Source: Curvularia clavata
Lineage: Eukaryota
Length of the DNA: 64,000 nt
Direction of reading: 5' to 3'
Assembly (NCBI GenBank): GCA_023920165.1
Contig: CP089277.1
Location: forward strand, 372,001-436,000
The notes beneath the pieces are model-generated. The model had not been told where the DNA came from, ran no database searches, and saw nothing but the letters and a program-made list of their open reading frames with translations. Positions 35,304-47,166 of this stretch are shown here, one piece after another (positions within the stretch are counted from its first letter, which is position 1; each line of letters begins with the position of its first letter). A program made the translations under genes and the position numbers.

Positions 35304-35918
35304 ATGTAAGGGACTTTCCAGAGCAAACACACTCTAAATATGGCTGATCAATCGTGTCAAATAATCGTCTTTGATTTCATAAGTCAGTCAAAGTAGTTTT
35401 GATGCGACAGAAAGTTAGTGAGTACAATTGCCGAACAGGAAGGGGTACAGAACTTGATTTTCTCTTTTGCATAAAATATCTAAAAAAACATTACGAGTGC
35501 GAGGAAGGCGGGTTAGGCAAGGCTTGAGAATTAGTAAGAATGTGAGGGCGGATGAAAGAGTTGGTTTCTATTTCGTTCCGTCGTATGGAACCGATATCAC
35601 GATCAACACCTGTATCATTGCGTATTTTTTGTGGCAGTTGAACAATAAAGCAACGTCGGCATCTTAGTTGTTGTCACGCGATGTCTTTGTTACAGTCGTT
35701 CGGCAGACCCCCGCCCACGCCCGCCTAGCCTAAGCGCAAGTGGCCCATGCACTAAAAGTTCATCATCGCCATCATCGTCACAAGCGACCACAGCTCGAGG
35801 CCCGACACCACCACCACCCATCGCCAACTCCACCCCCACATCCATCTCACCGGCCTTCTTTCCCCCTCCGGTTCTCGCCCGCTACACTTCAAATCCTCTC
35901 ATCTAAACCACCGCCAAG

Positions 35919-36513
35919 ATGGTCCAGCTCACAGAAGTCACCGACGAGGAGTTTCTGCGCGAGCAGGAAGGTCCCATTGACGAAGACGACTGGGACACCG
36001 ACTCTGGTACTTCCTCTTAATTGCCTTCTCTGTACCCTTATCATCGCTAACTCCATTTCTTCTCCCAGATTCCGACACATCCTCCGTGCACTCGGTGCAG
36101 CCCGATGAAACCTTTTTCGAGCGCCTTTCCGCGCTGCAAGACATGATTCCGGCCAGCACGCGGCGCTCCGTGTCGTCAAAAGCAAGCAAGCTTTCCTCGT
36201 GGGTCAAGAACGGCTTGAGTCTCGGCGGAAAGACGCTGTGGGTCGTGAGCACCAGTGCGCTGTTGCTTGGTGTCCCATGGGCGCTGGCGTACAGCGAGGA
36301 GCAGATGATTGTGGAGCAGGAGAGGGCGGAGCTACAGGCGCAGAGGGCGCAGAATGAGGTATGTCTTTTCCCTCTCTCTTTTTTCCAAACCCGTGATTTT
36401 GTTATCAGCGCTCGCGCAGTTTATCGGGCTTGATATGCTAACTCTGCAACCAGTTCATGGTTCCCGGTGCGCCGACCCCAGGCCAGCCCCAGGGCGCAAA
36501 GCCTGCTTTGTAA
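35919..36513 (+). CDS. TOM22: Mitochondrial import receptor Tom22
   Basis: MVQLTEVTDEEF acidic N-terminus, ETFFERLSALQDMIP and TM LWVVSTSALLLGVPWALAYSEEQ. Introns ~36007-36069 and 36359-36453. TAA at 36511-36513. Confidence 0.93.
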
Positions 36514-37150
36514 AAATATCAAAAATCGAAATGACTGTTGATGTCCCCCTCGCCTCTCATTTTGGGCGCATTCTCGACAGATACCGGGCACAAAGCGCAG
36601 ACTTCTTCTTACCTGTCTTGTTACGATAGTGGGATTGGTGCATGGACGGGGGAAATGAGCTTGTACATGTAGCGGAAATCGGCAGTTTCTTTTTTTCCCC
36701 ACCAGCCGTTAACGACCTGTATTATATTTCTCGACTCCACGATAATGTATTGCGTTGTACGCTCATCTACGCTGTTGTGATGGTTTTTTTGATTTTTGGT
36801 TTTTGTGGATGCCCCACGGCCACTATACATATATTTACAAATACAATCGCCTCGGGTGTCAAAGTCGTCTGGGCGTTACAAACATAAACCGCCATGGTCC
36901 GGCCTACCAAGCGCTCGTAGCCCATTCCATGCGAACATTGCGCCGTGTTTACACTCGTAAAGATGCTGTCGCAAGCAAAATGGTCACTCTGTCGGCGCGC
37001 ATGCAATACCGTAACCAATCCGCACGTGGTAGGTGGGGGTGGAGATAATTTTCCCCTCAGACTGCGCTCGCTCCAAGAAAGGTGGTAATACAGCAAAGAG
37101 AAGAGTCATGGTATTATAGTCGATACATGGGTGTCAGTGTGGAGAGGAGT

Positions 37151-38364
37151 TTAAAATGGGATTGAGCCGGCGGACATGGCGGCACCCTGTTGTTCTTGCT
37201 GCTCCATGACAGCCTCGTCGGCTGCTTCTATCGCGACGGCCAGACCAAGCTTGGCGGCGTTCTGCATGTTGTTAGCACTAGTCGTTGAGTCTTGCATTTT
37301 GCTATGACGTACCGCCTTGTGGTCGATCTCGCCTGAGAAGGTTACGCGAATTGGTGGCGCAATCATCTTCTCCAGCAGACACGCGACTTTGCCCTGGTTG
37401 TCGACCTGCGCCCTGAAAGACGACTGACGGAAGTCATACTTGGCACCAATTGTAACATTGCCCTCCTTCTGTGGGCCAGCCATGGGGCCACCAGGACCAA
37501 TACCAGCGAATGCCAAATTGCAGTTGATACCCGTCTCAACCTTGTCTGTGAGCCTGCGCCAGTAGGAAGCCTCGAGTACACCACGGTCGGGCAGAATCTG
37601 ACCACAGGCCATCCAGTCTTCGGTCCTGTAGCGTGCTGCATACGAGACGTTCAGCTCAGGTGGGTAGGCCATAGCGGGGCGTGTCCAGAAAGCATCGATA
37701 CCGAGTGAGAGCCTTGATGTGACCGACTGGAGGTAGCTTGCCATGAGCATACCCGTGATACCACCATCGAGTATGGAGGGGTTGACGGCCTTTAGCGAGG
37801 CAGAAAAGTCGGCGCCCGTGTAGTCGTTCTCAAGCGAGACCATGTTGCCTTGCGAAGTGAGTTGGACAGCGGCCTTGGAAACGAATGCTGACGTCCAGCG
37901 CCAGTTGAAGCGACCGGAGAAGGCGAGTTCATTGTCAATGTTTCCTTGCATGAATACCTGGGAGACAATCAGCTGGAGGGGAAAAAATTAATACAGCAGC
38001 GGAAAAGACAAACCCTTGGCGATCCGTAGAGAACCATGTACGAGTACGGAGGCATGACTTGCGATCCCATAGACAGCGAGTGTGCAACCTGGAAGAGCGG
38101 GGCAGCGCTGAAGGCCTTTGTGAGCTCGGCGCGCAGGCCTGAAAAGCTGGAGTTGTTCAGAAAAACATCGCGCTGGACCTCTCGTGCAATGTTCTCGACT
38201 GTGCCGGGGTTGCTGAGGCCCAATGCCTCTCTCCGATCTTGAAAGGTATCGTATGCGTTGAGGAAGTGTGCGAATGGACCTGTGTTGGCTGCGCGAGGCC
38301 GTGAGAGGATGTCGGCCACAGCCTGTTCCTGCGCCGGGTTGCTGAGCTGCAGCGGGGTAGCCAT
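37151..38364 (-). CDS. TOM40: Mitochondrial import channel Tom40
   Basis: Motifs [53 protein letters not shown] and [16 protein letters not shown]. Introns ~37958-38013 and 37262-37312. Confidence 0.95.
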
Positions 38365-38894
38365 GACGAGAATATGTGTCGACGTCCAACGAGAAGCTGC
38401 CTGTGGGAGACAAAGGACCGGCAGGGAGGGGGTTGGAAATGGCGGCACGAAGTTGGGGGTTGCTGTGATGCGTCGCAGTCGCTGGGCAGTGATGATATCG
38501 TGAACATTTTCTCCAATTACCGGATGACATAATAGACGCTAGCCCACGCGGCATCCCGATTCCGTTATCTTCGGCGGCCATCAACATGGACGGCAGCGAA
38601 CAATTGCTATTTGGGCTTTTCGACTACCAAATTCCTCCAAACACTGACTGCTTCTTCTCAGACAGTCCTGCGACGCGGCCTGGTAGAATCGCTGCACTGA
38701 ACTGTCGCGGGTTGTCGCGCCTTTCGCTGACGTCGCTCGGCACACCTGTGGACATAGCGGGTGCCGTGACCTTTGACCATCCTATACCTAGGACACCATT
38801 TGCTTGACAAGCCGCCGTTTCCTTTGTTTCTTCAAGTCCGCTCTCTTCTCAATACCCCTATACTTCTCTCTGTAGACTTTACCCATTTGCAGCC

Positions 38895-40656
38895 ATGGAC
38901 ACCCTCCTGTGAGTGCTATGACCCCACTTTCCGCAGCCATGATCAAACGGCAGCATTGCACATGGCATGGAGAAGACATTCACTCACCATGGACAGTACG
39001 GCGGAGATCTACGCAAATTCGCCCCGCTTCCGGCGGCGGTCGAGTACCGCTGTCGATGCCATCCACGATCTGCCGGCCAGGGAAGAAATGGCTCCTGCCC
39101 AGCTCTATAGTACAGAATCGGGCCGCCTCTTCCATTCAGGCAGGATAGTCATCGCCACCTGTGGACTCCCGGCTCGAGGGAAGACACACACCTCTGTTGC
39201 CCTGGCCCGTTACTTGCGCTGGCTCGGGGTCAAGACTCACGTGTTTCATCTTGGCGACTACCGCCGGGCTACGCTTGGCCCAGGTAACGATGTCCCTGAA
39301 GACTACTTCTTCCTAAACGCAGCACCTCAGTCTGTTTTGCTCCGGAACAAGATCTTGAAGAAATGCCGCGATGACATCTACCACTTCCTGGAGAACGACA
39401 AAGGCCAGGTGGCCATCTACGACGCTGTCAACGCCATCAGCCAAGGCCGTCGGTCGTTAGCCAAGGAGTTTGCAAAGAACGGAATCCAAACAGTCTTTAT
39501 CGAGTCACACTGCACCGATGAACGCATCATCCAGGAAAACGTGCGGCGTGTCAAGATCTCTTCGCCAGACTATAAGGGCTGGAAGGACGAGGACGCAGTC
39601 CAAGACTACCTAGCACGCATCAATGCGCGGATACCGCATTTTGAGACCATGGAAGAGACTGACCTGCACTGGATCAAGATGATCAACGCTGGCGAACGGG
39701 TCATCGTGAACAACTGCGCGTTCGGATATCTCTCCCAGCGTATTGTTTTCTATCTGCTCAATCTCCACATCAAGTCACGGCAAACGTATTTTGCCAGAGC
39801 AGGAACGACCCGAGAGGAGGACTCGTACAAGGCCGACGCAAGTCTCTCCCCAGAAGGCCACGAGTACGCCAGAAAGATGAGCGAAGTGTTGTTGAAGTAC
39901 CGTGAGGAAGAGAAGCAGAAGTTGATCGAATCGGGAGCGACGGATGCGTCTCTAAAACCATTGACTATCTGGACCTCAACACGCCGAAGGACGGTGCAGA
40001 CGTCAGAGGTTCTAGCCTCCATGGGCTACCGGGTGAGACAACGTTCGCAGATGAGCCAGATGAACCCTGGTGTCTGCGAGAAGATGTCCGAAGCCAAGAT
40101 CCGCGAAGAGTTCCCCGAGGAAGTCAAGAAGCACGAAGCAGATCCGTACCACCACCGATACCCACGTGCCGAGTCGTACCACGATCTTGCTGTGCGCATG
40201 GAACCCATCATTCTCGAGCTAGAGCGCGAGGAAAACGATCTTCTCATCATTGCCCATGAATCCGTGCTTCGTGTGCTCTACGGATACCTCATGGCATGCA
40301 ATGCTGCAGACATCCCCAAGCTCGAGTTCCCTCGTGATGAGATTATCGAGGTAGGACACCCCTATCTCCGTGCTCAAGTTAAAGTGACTGACAGCCGCTA
40401 GATCATACCCTCGTCGTACAACAACGTTGCAAAGCGCATCAAGATCCCTGGACTTCCCGAGTCAATGGTCCCCGGTAGTCCCGAGGATATCAAGATTCCC
40501 GTTCCACCCAGTGGTACCATCAGCCCACTTTCGGGAATAGGAACACCTCAGGCCAGCGGCTCGGGTAGCGCGTCGCCGCCACAACAGCAACAGCAAGAAC
40601 AGCAACAAGGTGCTCAGCCTCTGAACCTGAAGGCACACGTCAATCCTTCTTCGTAA
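38895..40656 (+). CDS. 6-phosphofructo-2-kinase/fructose-2,6-bisphosphatase family protein (yeast YLR345W-like subgroup)
   Basis: Micro-exon 38895-38908 (MDTL), introns 38909-38996 and 40351-40401. Motifs QLYSTESGRLFHSGRI, Walker A GLPARGKT and YPRAESYHDLAVRMEP..IIAHESVLRVLYGYLMAC. Confidence 0.92.
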
Positions 40657-41136
40657 TCCTGGACCCGGTGCTGCCCCGGTGGGAGCTGAGAAGCGGGGAT
40701 TAACAAAGCAAGCCTTTAAGTTCACGGGGATGAGTTTTTGTTCGGCCATGACGACACGAATTGGGACTTGGATATTGGTGGGCGTTGGGGCACTCACGCG
40801 TTGACCTGTAGACCTGTTATGATTAGACCTATACACATTTTTCGGTTATGGTGCTCATGAAATATTCTTCTTCAGTACATCATTTGCGATCGAACCTTCT
40901 CTGTAATAGGGGGGTTCTTTGAACTGGATATTCCATCGGAGGAGGTTTGTCGTCTTGTTCCTCAACTCCATACACACACCGCCTGTCATCTTTGATGCCC
41001 TCTCCTATTTTTTGGAACTAGCAGGCCACATATCGCCTTTGCAAACACAGCATAGCACAGCATCAAATCCCCAACGCCGGCATTCAACAAACCCCACCCA
41101 CTTAACTTAAACAAAAGGACATCTCACACCTTTTCC

Positions 41137-42780
41137 TCAAAGTACTATTCCCCCTCCCGGCGCTACGCCCTTCCAACAATCCCCCAACCCAATCCCATGA
41201 AACCTCAATCCATACCGCGAGCCGTCTACTTGACCCGGCGTCAACGGCCTATCATCCCGCATCATGGCATCCGATAACTCGAGTGCGAAAAGATAGGGCG
41301 CGAAATCGATCAGGGCATCGACTTGAGCGTCTGTTGCGTGGATGTCTGCCTCAGATGGGGAACAGTGGTCTGCAAAGACGTCAAAAACAACAATGGGTGC
41401 TACCGCAGCCGGGACTTCAACAGGTGGTGGAGGGGTTTGTTGAACAGGAGAAGGAGGTGCTTTTCCGGCGTAGACTTCAGCAGGAGTGGGCCATGAGGTG
41501 AGGTCCTCGATGATGGTGTGCTGGGCGCTGAGGCGTGGCGGAGGGATGAAGGTGTACTCTGGTAGAGAGGTGAGGTGGGCGTCTGGAACCGCAAAGGAAG
41601 GGCGGCGGGTGGTGGAAGAGGAAGTGCGGCGGATGGACGAGGAGGGGCCGCCGGGGGGCATGTAGACGGCATCGTCTGGGTAAATGTCCGCGGCGGAGGG
41701 TTCTGGGCCTTGGTCGCTGCGTTTGGTGCGCGTGGGTGCGCGAGGGCGCGTGTTCCGTCTGTTGCCTGGGCCGCGGTACTGTGGGTTGTGGTGCTGAAGT
41801 GAATTAGGGGGCTGAAGATCGCTGAAGCGGCGGGCGTTGCCGAAGCTGATGGGTATAGGCTGCGGGTCCTGAATGACGGAGGAGGCGGTTTGGGACTTTT
41901 CGGCGTGAATCATGCGCGGAGTCTCGCCAAAGAACCCAGGTGGTGGTTGGACTAGCTTTGTAGCCGCATCTTCTCCGTTCATCTGCTCCAATGGCATGTC
42001 CAAGTGATGACTAGGAGTCAAATCTACTGCTTCTGTGGCTTTCGAGGCTTTCGGGCTTCTCATGTAGCGAGCCAGAGCGTTAGCCGTCAATGGCTTATCG
42101 AGAGCTTGCTCCATGAGCTTGTCGAAAAGATACCCATCAGTACTATCCTCAGGATTTGAGACATCATGGGGACATACTGGTATTTCATCGCCAGTCTTGT
42201 CTTTGCTCGCCACACCGGGCAGGCCAAGTGTCAGGCTAAGCTCGTCAACTTCCGGGGTACTGAAGCTGGGCTCGTGGTGCTGCGAGGAGAAGACGTCTTT
42301 CGGGAGATAGGGCATTGCCGTGTCGATGGAATCCATGGGGGGAAAGACATTGGCTTTCGCTGCTTCGAGTTGAGCTTGTTCCAAGGCTACGCTACATTAG
42401 CAGTGAATATGTGAATGGTGATACGCTGAGTCTCACCTCGAATGAGATCATGTAGATCTAATGGCGTGTAACTTGTATCTGGCTGAGCGCGTGAACCCTC
42501 GTCGACTGCTTCATATACGGGGCGCAGTTCTGGGGCTGTTCGAAACGGAGACGCGTCTATACCCGCATTATTAACGACAACACTGGAGTCTGCGCTGGGG
42601 ATATTTACCTTTAGCAGTGGCCGGAGTTACTGCCACCTTCTGAGGGCTCATAGGCGGAGTCGGTCCATAGTCGCCAGCTGAGGACCATAACCCAGCGTTG
42701 CCCTTTGTCGGACTGAAAGTGGCTGCTTCAGGGTTGAACGACGGGGGCCGTTGTGGTAGTAGTGGTCGCTTTCCCTCCAT
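41137..42780 (-). CDS. Hypothetical Pro/Ser-rich protein with N-terminal PAM2-like motif, 3 exons
   Basis: Exons 42609-42780, 42437-42556 and 41137-42386 join in frame through GT-AG introns. The last exon alone has 415 open codons. Confidence 0.7.
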
Positions 42781-43885
42781 GTTTTGATGCAGTAGAGTCA
42801 CGGTGATCGAATTGCTGAGGAGTCGAAGTAGCGAGATAGTATCAGGAACTGTTGTTTTCGCCATGTTGCTTCAGTGAAGGTGGCAGCCAATCAAGCTGCG
42901 TTTGTCCTTCACTCTCATAGTGATATTACAGTGTGGGTCCAGCCTTGGCACGAAGCGAATTCATAATGCTCGACTGAGAGCTTACACTCGAAATTGAAGT
43001 AGGTAGACCCAGTGTGAATTAACAGTGGTTGAATGATAGCTCATACTTGAGAATGCAGCCAATTTGATGTGAAGAAACAATGATGCCCAACCGACAGCTC
43101 CCAGCGAAAATTAATCGTAGTAGACAGACTTGACGCGAACAAGTAATAGTATCCGTCCATAAGCCCATAATGGAGATTTAAGAAAGTGGCTTTGACGTGA
43201 AGAAAGAACAGCAGCGCCCAACTGACAGCTCAGACTCGAAATCGTAGTAGTAGGATGAGGGCTCGTAGTCGAATCATGCTAGTAGTACAAAGTAGTCTTG
43301 ACAGCGGATCAACTGGATAGCTACACGTCGATCGTAGCCTGGTAGAGAAAGTCGATCCCATCTGGCTAGCGGCCTCGTGGCTGTGTACGCAACCACACTC
43401 GAGTGGCAACGGGAGCTTGCCCGCGGCGAGGCACGTGGTGGTGCCAAGTCACGGGCGATGCGTTGTAGTCTCGGTTGACCCCCACGTTTGCAGTCAGCAG
43501 TGCGCTAGGCAGGGCCCGTAGAGTGATGGACGTGTGACTGCTGGGACCAGGTAGCCAATAGGCAGCCGCGACAATGACGCGCTTGCGAACAGGGCTGAAG
43601 CAGTTTAAAAAGTGCCGCATTACGCTCACCACGTCTGCCCCTTGTCTCTTCGATTCGCATTGTTGATGTTGTTGTCCATATTATTTTTTGGTTTCCTTGC
43701 TCTGGTGGCTTTAAACTGAACTCGACGGCCTCGATTTTGATTTTGTCGGACCAGTCCCCTCTCGCCTGGCTGTGGTCCACCACATCACGCGACCCGTAAC
43801 CCGTTAAGCCCACCAGCAATAATGCACACGAGCACTTTTGCGACCCTCAACCAGCAGATCCACCAGCCAGGCCATTGTCTTCACC

Positions 43886-45088
43886 ATGCCGATGATGCTC
43901 ACCCCAGATATCTTGTCGGATGCTCCAGACAAAAAATCGGCTTTTCCCTACTCGTTCTACGGCCATCCGGTCCGGACAGCTACCAAGTGCGGCCATAGTA
44001 TCCACCCCTCCAGTTCGGATCATGTACCCTGGTGTCCCCAATGCACCCTTTCTCGCGCCCGGGCAAAATCTGACGCTGCACTCAAGAGACTGGCAAGCAA
44101 AGGGGGGTTAAATCCTCCCGAGCACCTGCGCAACCAGCAATGGAACAATGCCAGAAAGGGGTACTTGATTGCAAAGCAGCGGGTCGAGAAGACGAGGAGG
44201 GACGACCAACTGCGCTGGGAACGCGAGCAAGGGTGGGACGATGCGCACAAGCAATCGGGCACTCGACCCGTCCAGGCAGCAGTCCTGTCCCAAAGTCCCT
44301 CGCTGTGCGCCGCCTGTGACTCCATGTCAGCGTTGTACCCCACCAGCGTGCCTGAGGCGCAAGCCGCTGCCTACGAGACTTGGTGGGAGAAGACAGGCGC
44401 CCTCAACACCACCTCGCAACAAGACGGCTGCGCACTCTCGCGCAACCAACATCGCAAGCATGCCAAACCCCGAAGACGCCTTGGCCAAGGCAGCCCCGAA
44501 CTCCTCCAAATCATCACTACTCTCCGTTCGCAGACCCAGGAAACCCTCGCCCTCCGTGAAGCCTGGAAAGCACGCAACAAGACCGAAGCCGCCGTGCGTC
44601 GCAAGCACGGCCTAAGTCCAGACTTTGAAATCGCCGCCGCCTTCTGGGACTGGCCCATCCCAGGCTTCTACAGCTGGCGCCAGTACCGCTGCATCAAAGA
44701 GCAAGGCCGCATGGCTGAACGCCGAGCACGCGGAAACACGGCGCGGCCTCGGCCGCCGCGCAGCTCCCTCTCGTACTCGGAGACTTCCGAGGATGTGCCG
44801 TTTGAGCCTGGCTTCATCGAGACGCTCAAGCAGCGCGAGGAGCGCGAGGAGCAAGAGCGTCAGGCGAGGAAAGTGGCGGGCGAGGTGGGCTACTTGTATT
44901 TTGTGGGCCACGGCGGGGGCATCGACTTGTGGCGCGACGACTTCGAGCGCAGCGACAAGGACTTGGTCGTGAGAATGCGGCTGTCGCAGTCCGATACGTC
45001 GGGGAGTGAGGATACGCAGGATGCGGATGATGAAGATGAAGACGACGAAGACGACGATCCGGATTGGATGGACATTGATGAGGTGTGA
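43886..45088 (+). CDS. Hypothetical protein with CGH..CxxC Cys/His cluster and acidic C-terminal tail
   Basis: ~400-aa ORF with start context CACCATG, KCGHSIHP..WCPQC, Arg-rich middle and DADDEDEDDEDDDPDWMDIDEV tail. Confidence 0.72.
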   Translation: MPMMLTPDILSDAPDKKSAFPYSFYGHPVRTATKCGHSIHPSSSDHVPWCPQCTLSRARAKSDAALKRLASKGGLNPPEHLRNQQWNNARKGYLIAKQRVEKTRRDDQLRWEREQGWDDAHKQSGTRPVQAAVLSQSPSLCAACDSMSALYPTSVPEAQAAAYETWWEKTGALNTTSQQDGCALSRNQHRKHAKPRRRLGQGSPELLQIITTLRSQTQETLALREAWKARNKTEAAVRRKHGLSPDFEIAAAFWDWPIPGFYSWRQYRCIKEQGRMAERRARGNTARPRPPRSSLSYSETSEDVPFEPGFIETLKQREEREEQERQARKVAGEVGYLYFVGHGGGIDLWRDDFERSDKDLVVRMRLSQSDTSGSEDTQDADDEDEDDEDDDPDWMDIDEV

Positions 45089-45653
45089 ATGTCTTATTCT
45101 ATGTTGTATATTATTGTTACTATCCTACCTCATTTCGATCACTCCGTCGAGAGAGAAAAAAATGTTCAAATATGTATTTCAAGAAAAAAGGTTGAATGCG
45201 TCGTGATACCCTTGATGTTGGCAGCAGACCCCTCGCATGATTAAGTACCTACCCGTAGCTCCGGGAGAGACGGGAAACAGGGAAGCCAGGCTGCTCCCGC
45301 TATGCGCTAGCCATTTTCCGGGCCCCCGGAACGTATCAGTAGATTAGCGATTGGGATGTAGCCTGTCATTGATAGATAACGCTACATGCAGCTATCCCAA
45401 CTTGGAGCTCACATACATACATGGGCAAATGGGGGAGGGGGGGGGGGGGGTTCAAACCGAGTTTTGCTCATTGAACTTGGCGCTGGCGGTTCCGCGAATA
45501 TCACACCACAGGCTTATGACGAGAGAAAATGTCGAGGAAAATCGTCTAATATTGCATCAAAGGTAATCATCTGACCCCTGGCTCGTCTAGCACCCCCAGG
45601 AACTTTTCTACAAGCTTGGAAACACACGCTGGGTATACTCAACTCCCTCTTCT

Positions 45654-47166
45654 TCACAACTCCCTCCTCTTCCTCGCCTCATCCTCCCACTCATCTGCTT
45701 CCCCCGCCCTCTTCAAATCCACAAACTCGCCTTCCTCCTCCAGAGCATCCACATCACCCTTTCCCCTTGCTGCCTTGAGCTCCTCTGCCTCTTTCATGTC
45801 GGCCTCCTTCTGCATCTGCTCATCCACCTCCTGGCGCTCTACAATCTCCGCCTCCTCGCCCACCTCTCCTACCAGTGGGCCTTCACTTTCCTCATACCAC
45901 TCCGTCGGCTCAGTCCACTCGATAATCTTTTCTTTTGCCGTCTCGCTGAGCGTGTAATAGCCTGGATTGTTGCGGGGATCGAACATGGACGTGTGAGCCC
46001 AAGTCTCCGCCGTAGCCTTGTCATTGACAGCCGGTATGAAGAATTCCTTTAATGGCCCTTTGGGTAAGTTGCAAAAGGTGCGATCTTTACCGGCAACTTT
46101 CCCCGTCCAACCTTGCTCCTTGTTTTCGCTGTTTACGGCGTGGCCCAGGGTGGTATACATGTTGCAGAAGCCAAGCTCTTGTGACTCGGTGAGCTTGACA
46201 ATCTTCTGCAGTCGCTTGCGTAGTTCCTCAGGCCGGGCGAGGACGCCAACAAATTCCAGATGCGAAGTTGCCCAGCTAACACCCTGGGTAATCTGGTCTT
46301 TCTTCATATACGCTGCAGCGCTGCCTGCCGCAATAGCGCCTGCCGCACCCGCAAACATGGCTACTTTGCCATAGCGCTGCCACAAGGGCGCCGACGCCGC
46401 ATCTGCGTTCGAGGACGCTGCAGGTGCAGGAAGCATCTTGCTCGTATCGACCGCGTTGGGCGCAGTGTCTTTGGCACCCCATCCAAAAGCACTGGCCAGA
46501 TTGGTGTATGCAGAGTATGCTGAACTCGCCGTGTTCCAGTGTTTCTCAGCTCCATGTGCCACTACGCCGGGAGCGATGCCCAGATATGGTGTGTCAAAGG
46601 CAAGGATGCCTTGTATATACGGAAACATGAGGGACGAATGCTCAGATAACGACCCTTCGCCCGTTTGGGAATTCGACTGCGAATGTATCGGCTGATCGGC
46701 GAGGATAGAGAGCAGCGTCTCTGCGGCCACGATACCGCCCATGGAATGGCCTACAAGAATGGTCCGCACCGAGGGATCGACTGTGGGCGAGGGCGTCGAG
46801 TTGGCCACCTCGAGATCGATGACCTTGTTCTGCAGCCATTCCTTGAACCGGCCTACGCACTCGTGCAAGTCGCCTCTGGTTTCAAACTGTGGGTATGTAA
46901 TGGCGAGGACCGTCACCTTGGGCAGTGCATGCTGGAGCAGCGCCTTGACATGGCTCGGAAAGGTTTTGAACGTCTGGTCTCCGCCCTGTTGTTGCATGTG
47001 TTAGCATACGTGCTTTGTGCTCATCGTGATGCTGACAGCGTCACCTCTTAACCTGAGACGACACGCAGCCATGACGTATGGACCCGGTCGTACCCCGCAG
47101 CGGTGCAAGAGGAAGCAGACGTACCTTGAAGCCGTGGATAAAGCACAACAGTAAAGTCTTCCTCAT
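45654..47166 (-). CDS. Alpha/beta-hydrolase (DUF676/lipase-like)
   Basis: Exon 1 MRKTLLLCFIHGFK, intron 46986-47124, then GGDQTF. Nucleophile elbow LVGHSMGG and GILAFDTPYLG. Confidence 0.88.

Noticed and set aside
46986..47124. Internal CAG|GTTAAG in a 139-nt intron suggesting recursive or twin-intron splicing
   Set aside because: No branch-point consensus before the internal AG, and no reconstituted donor.
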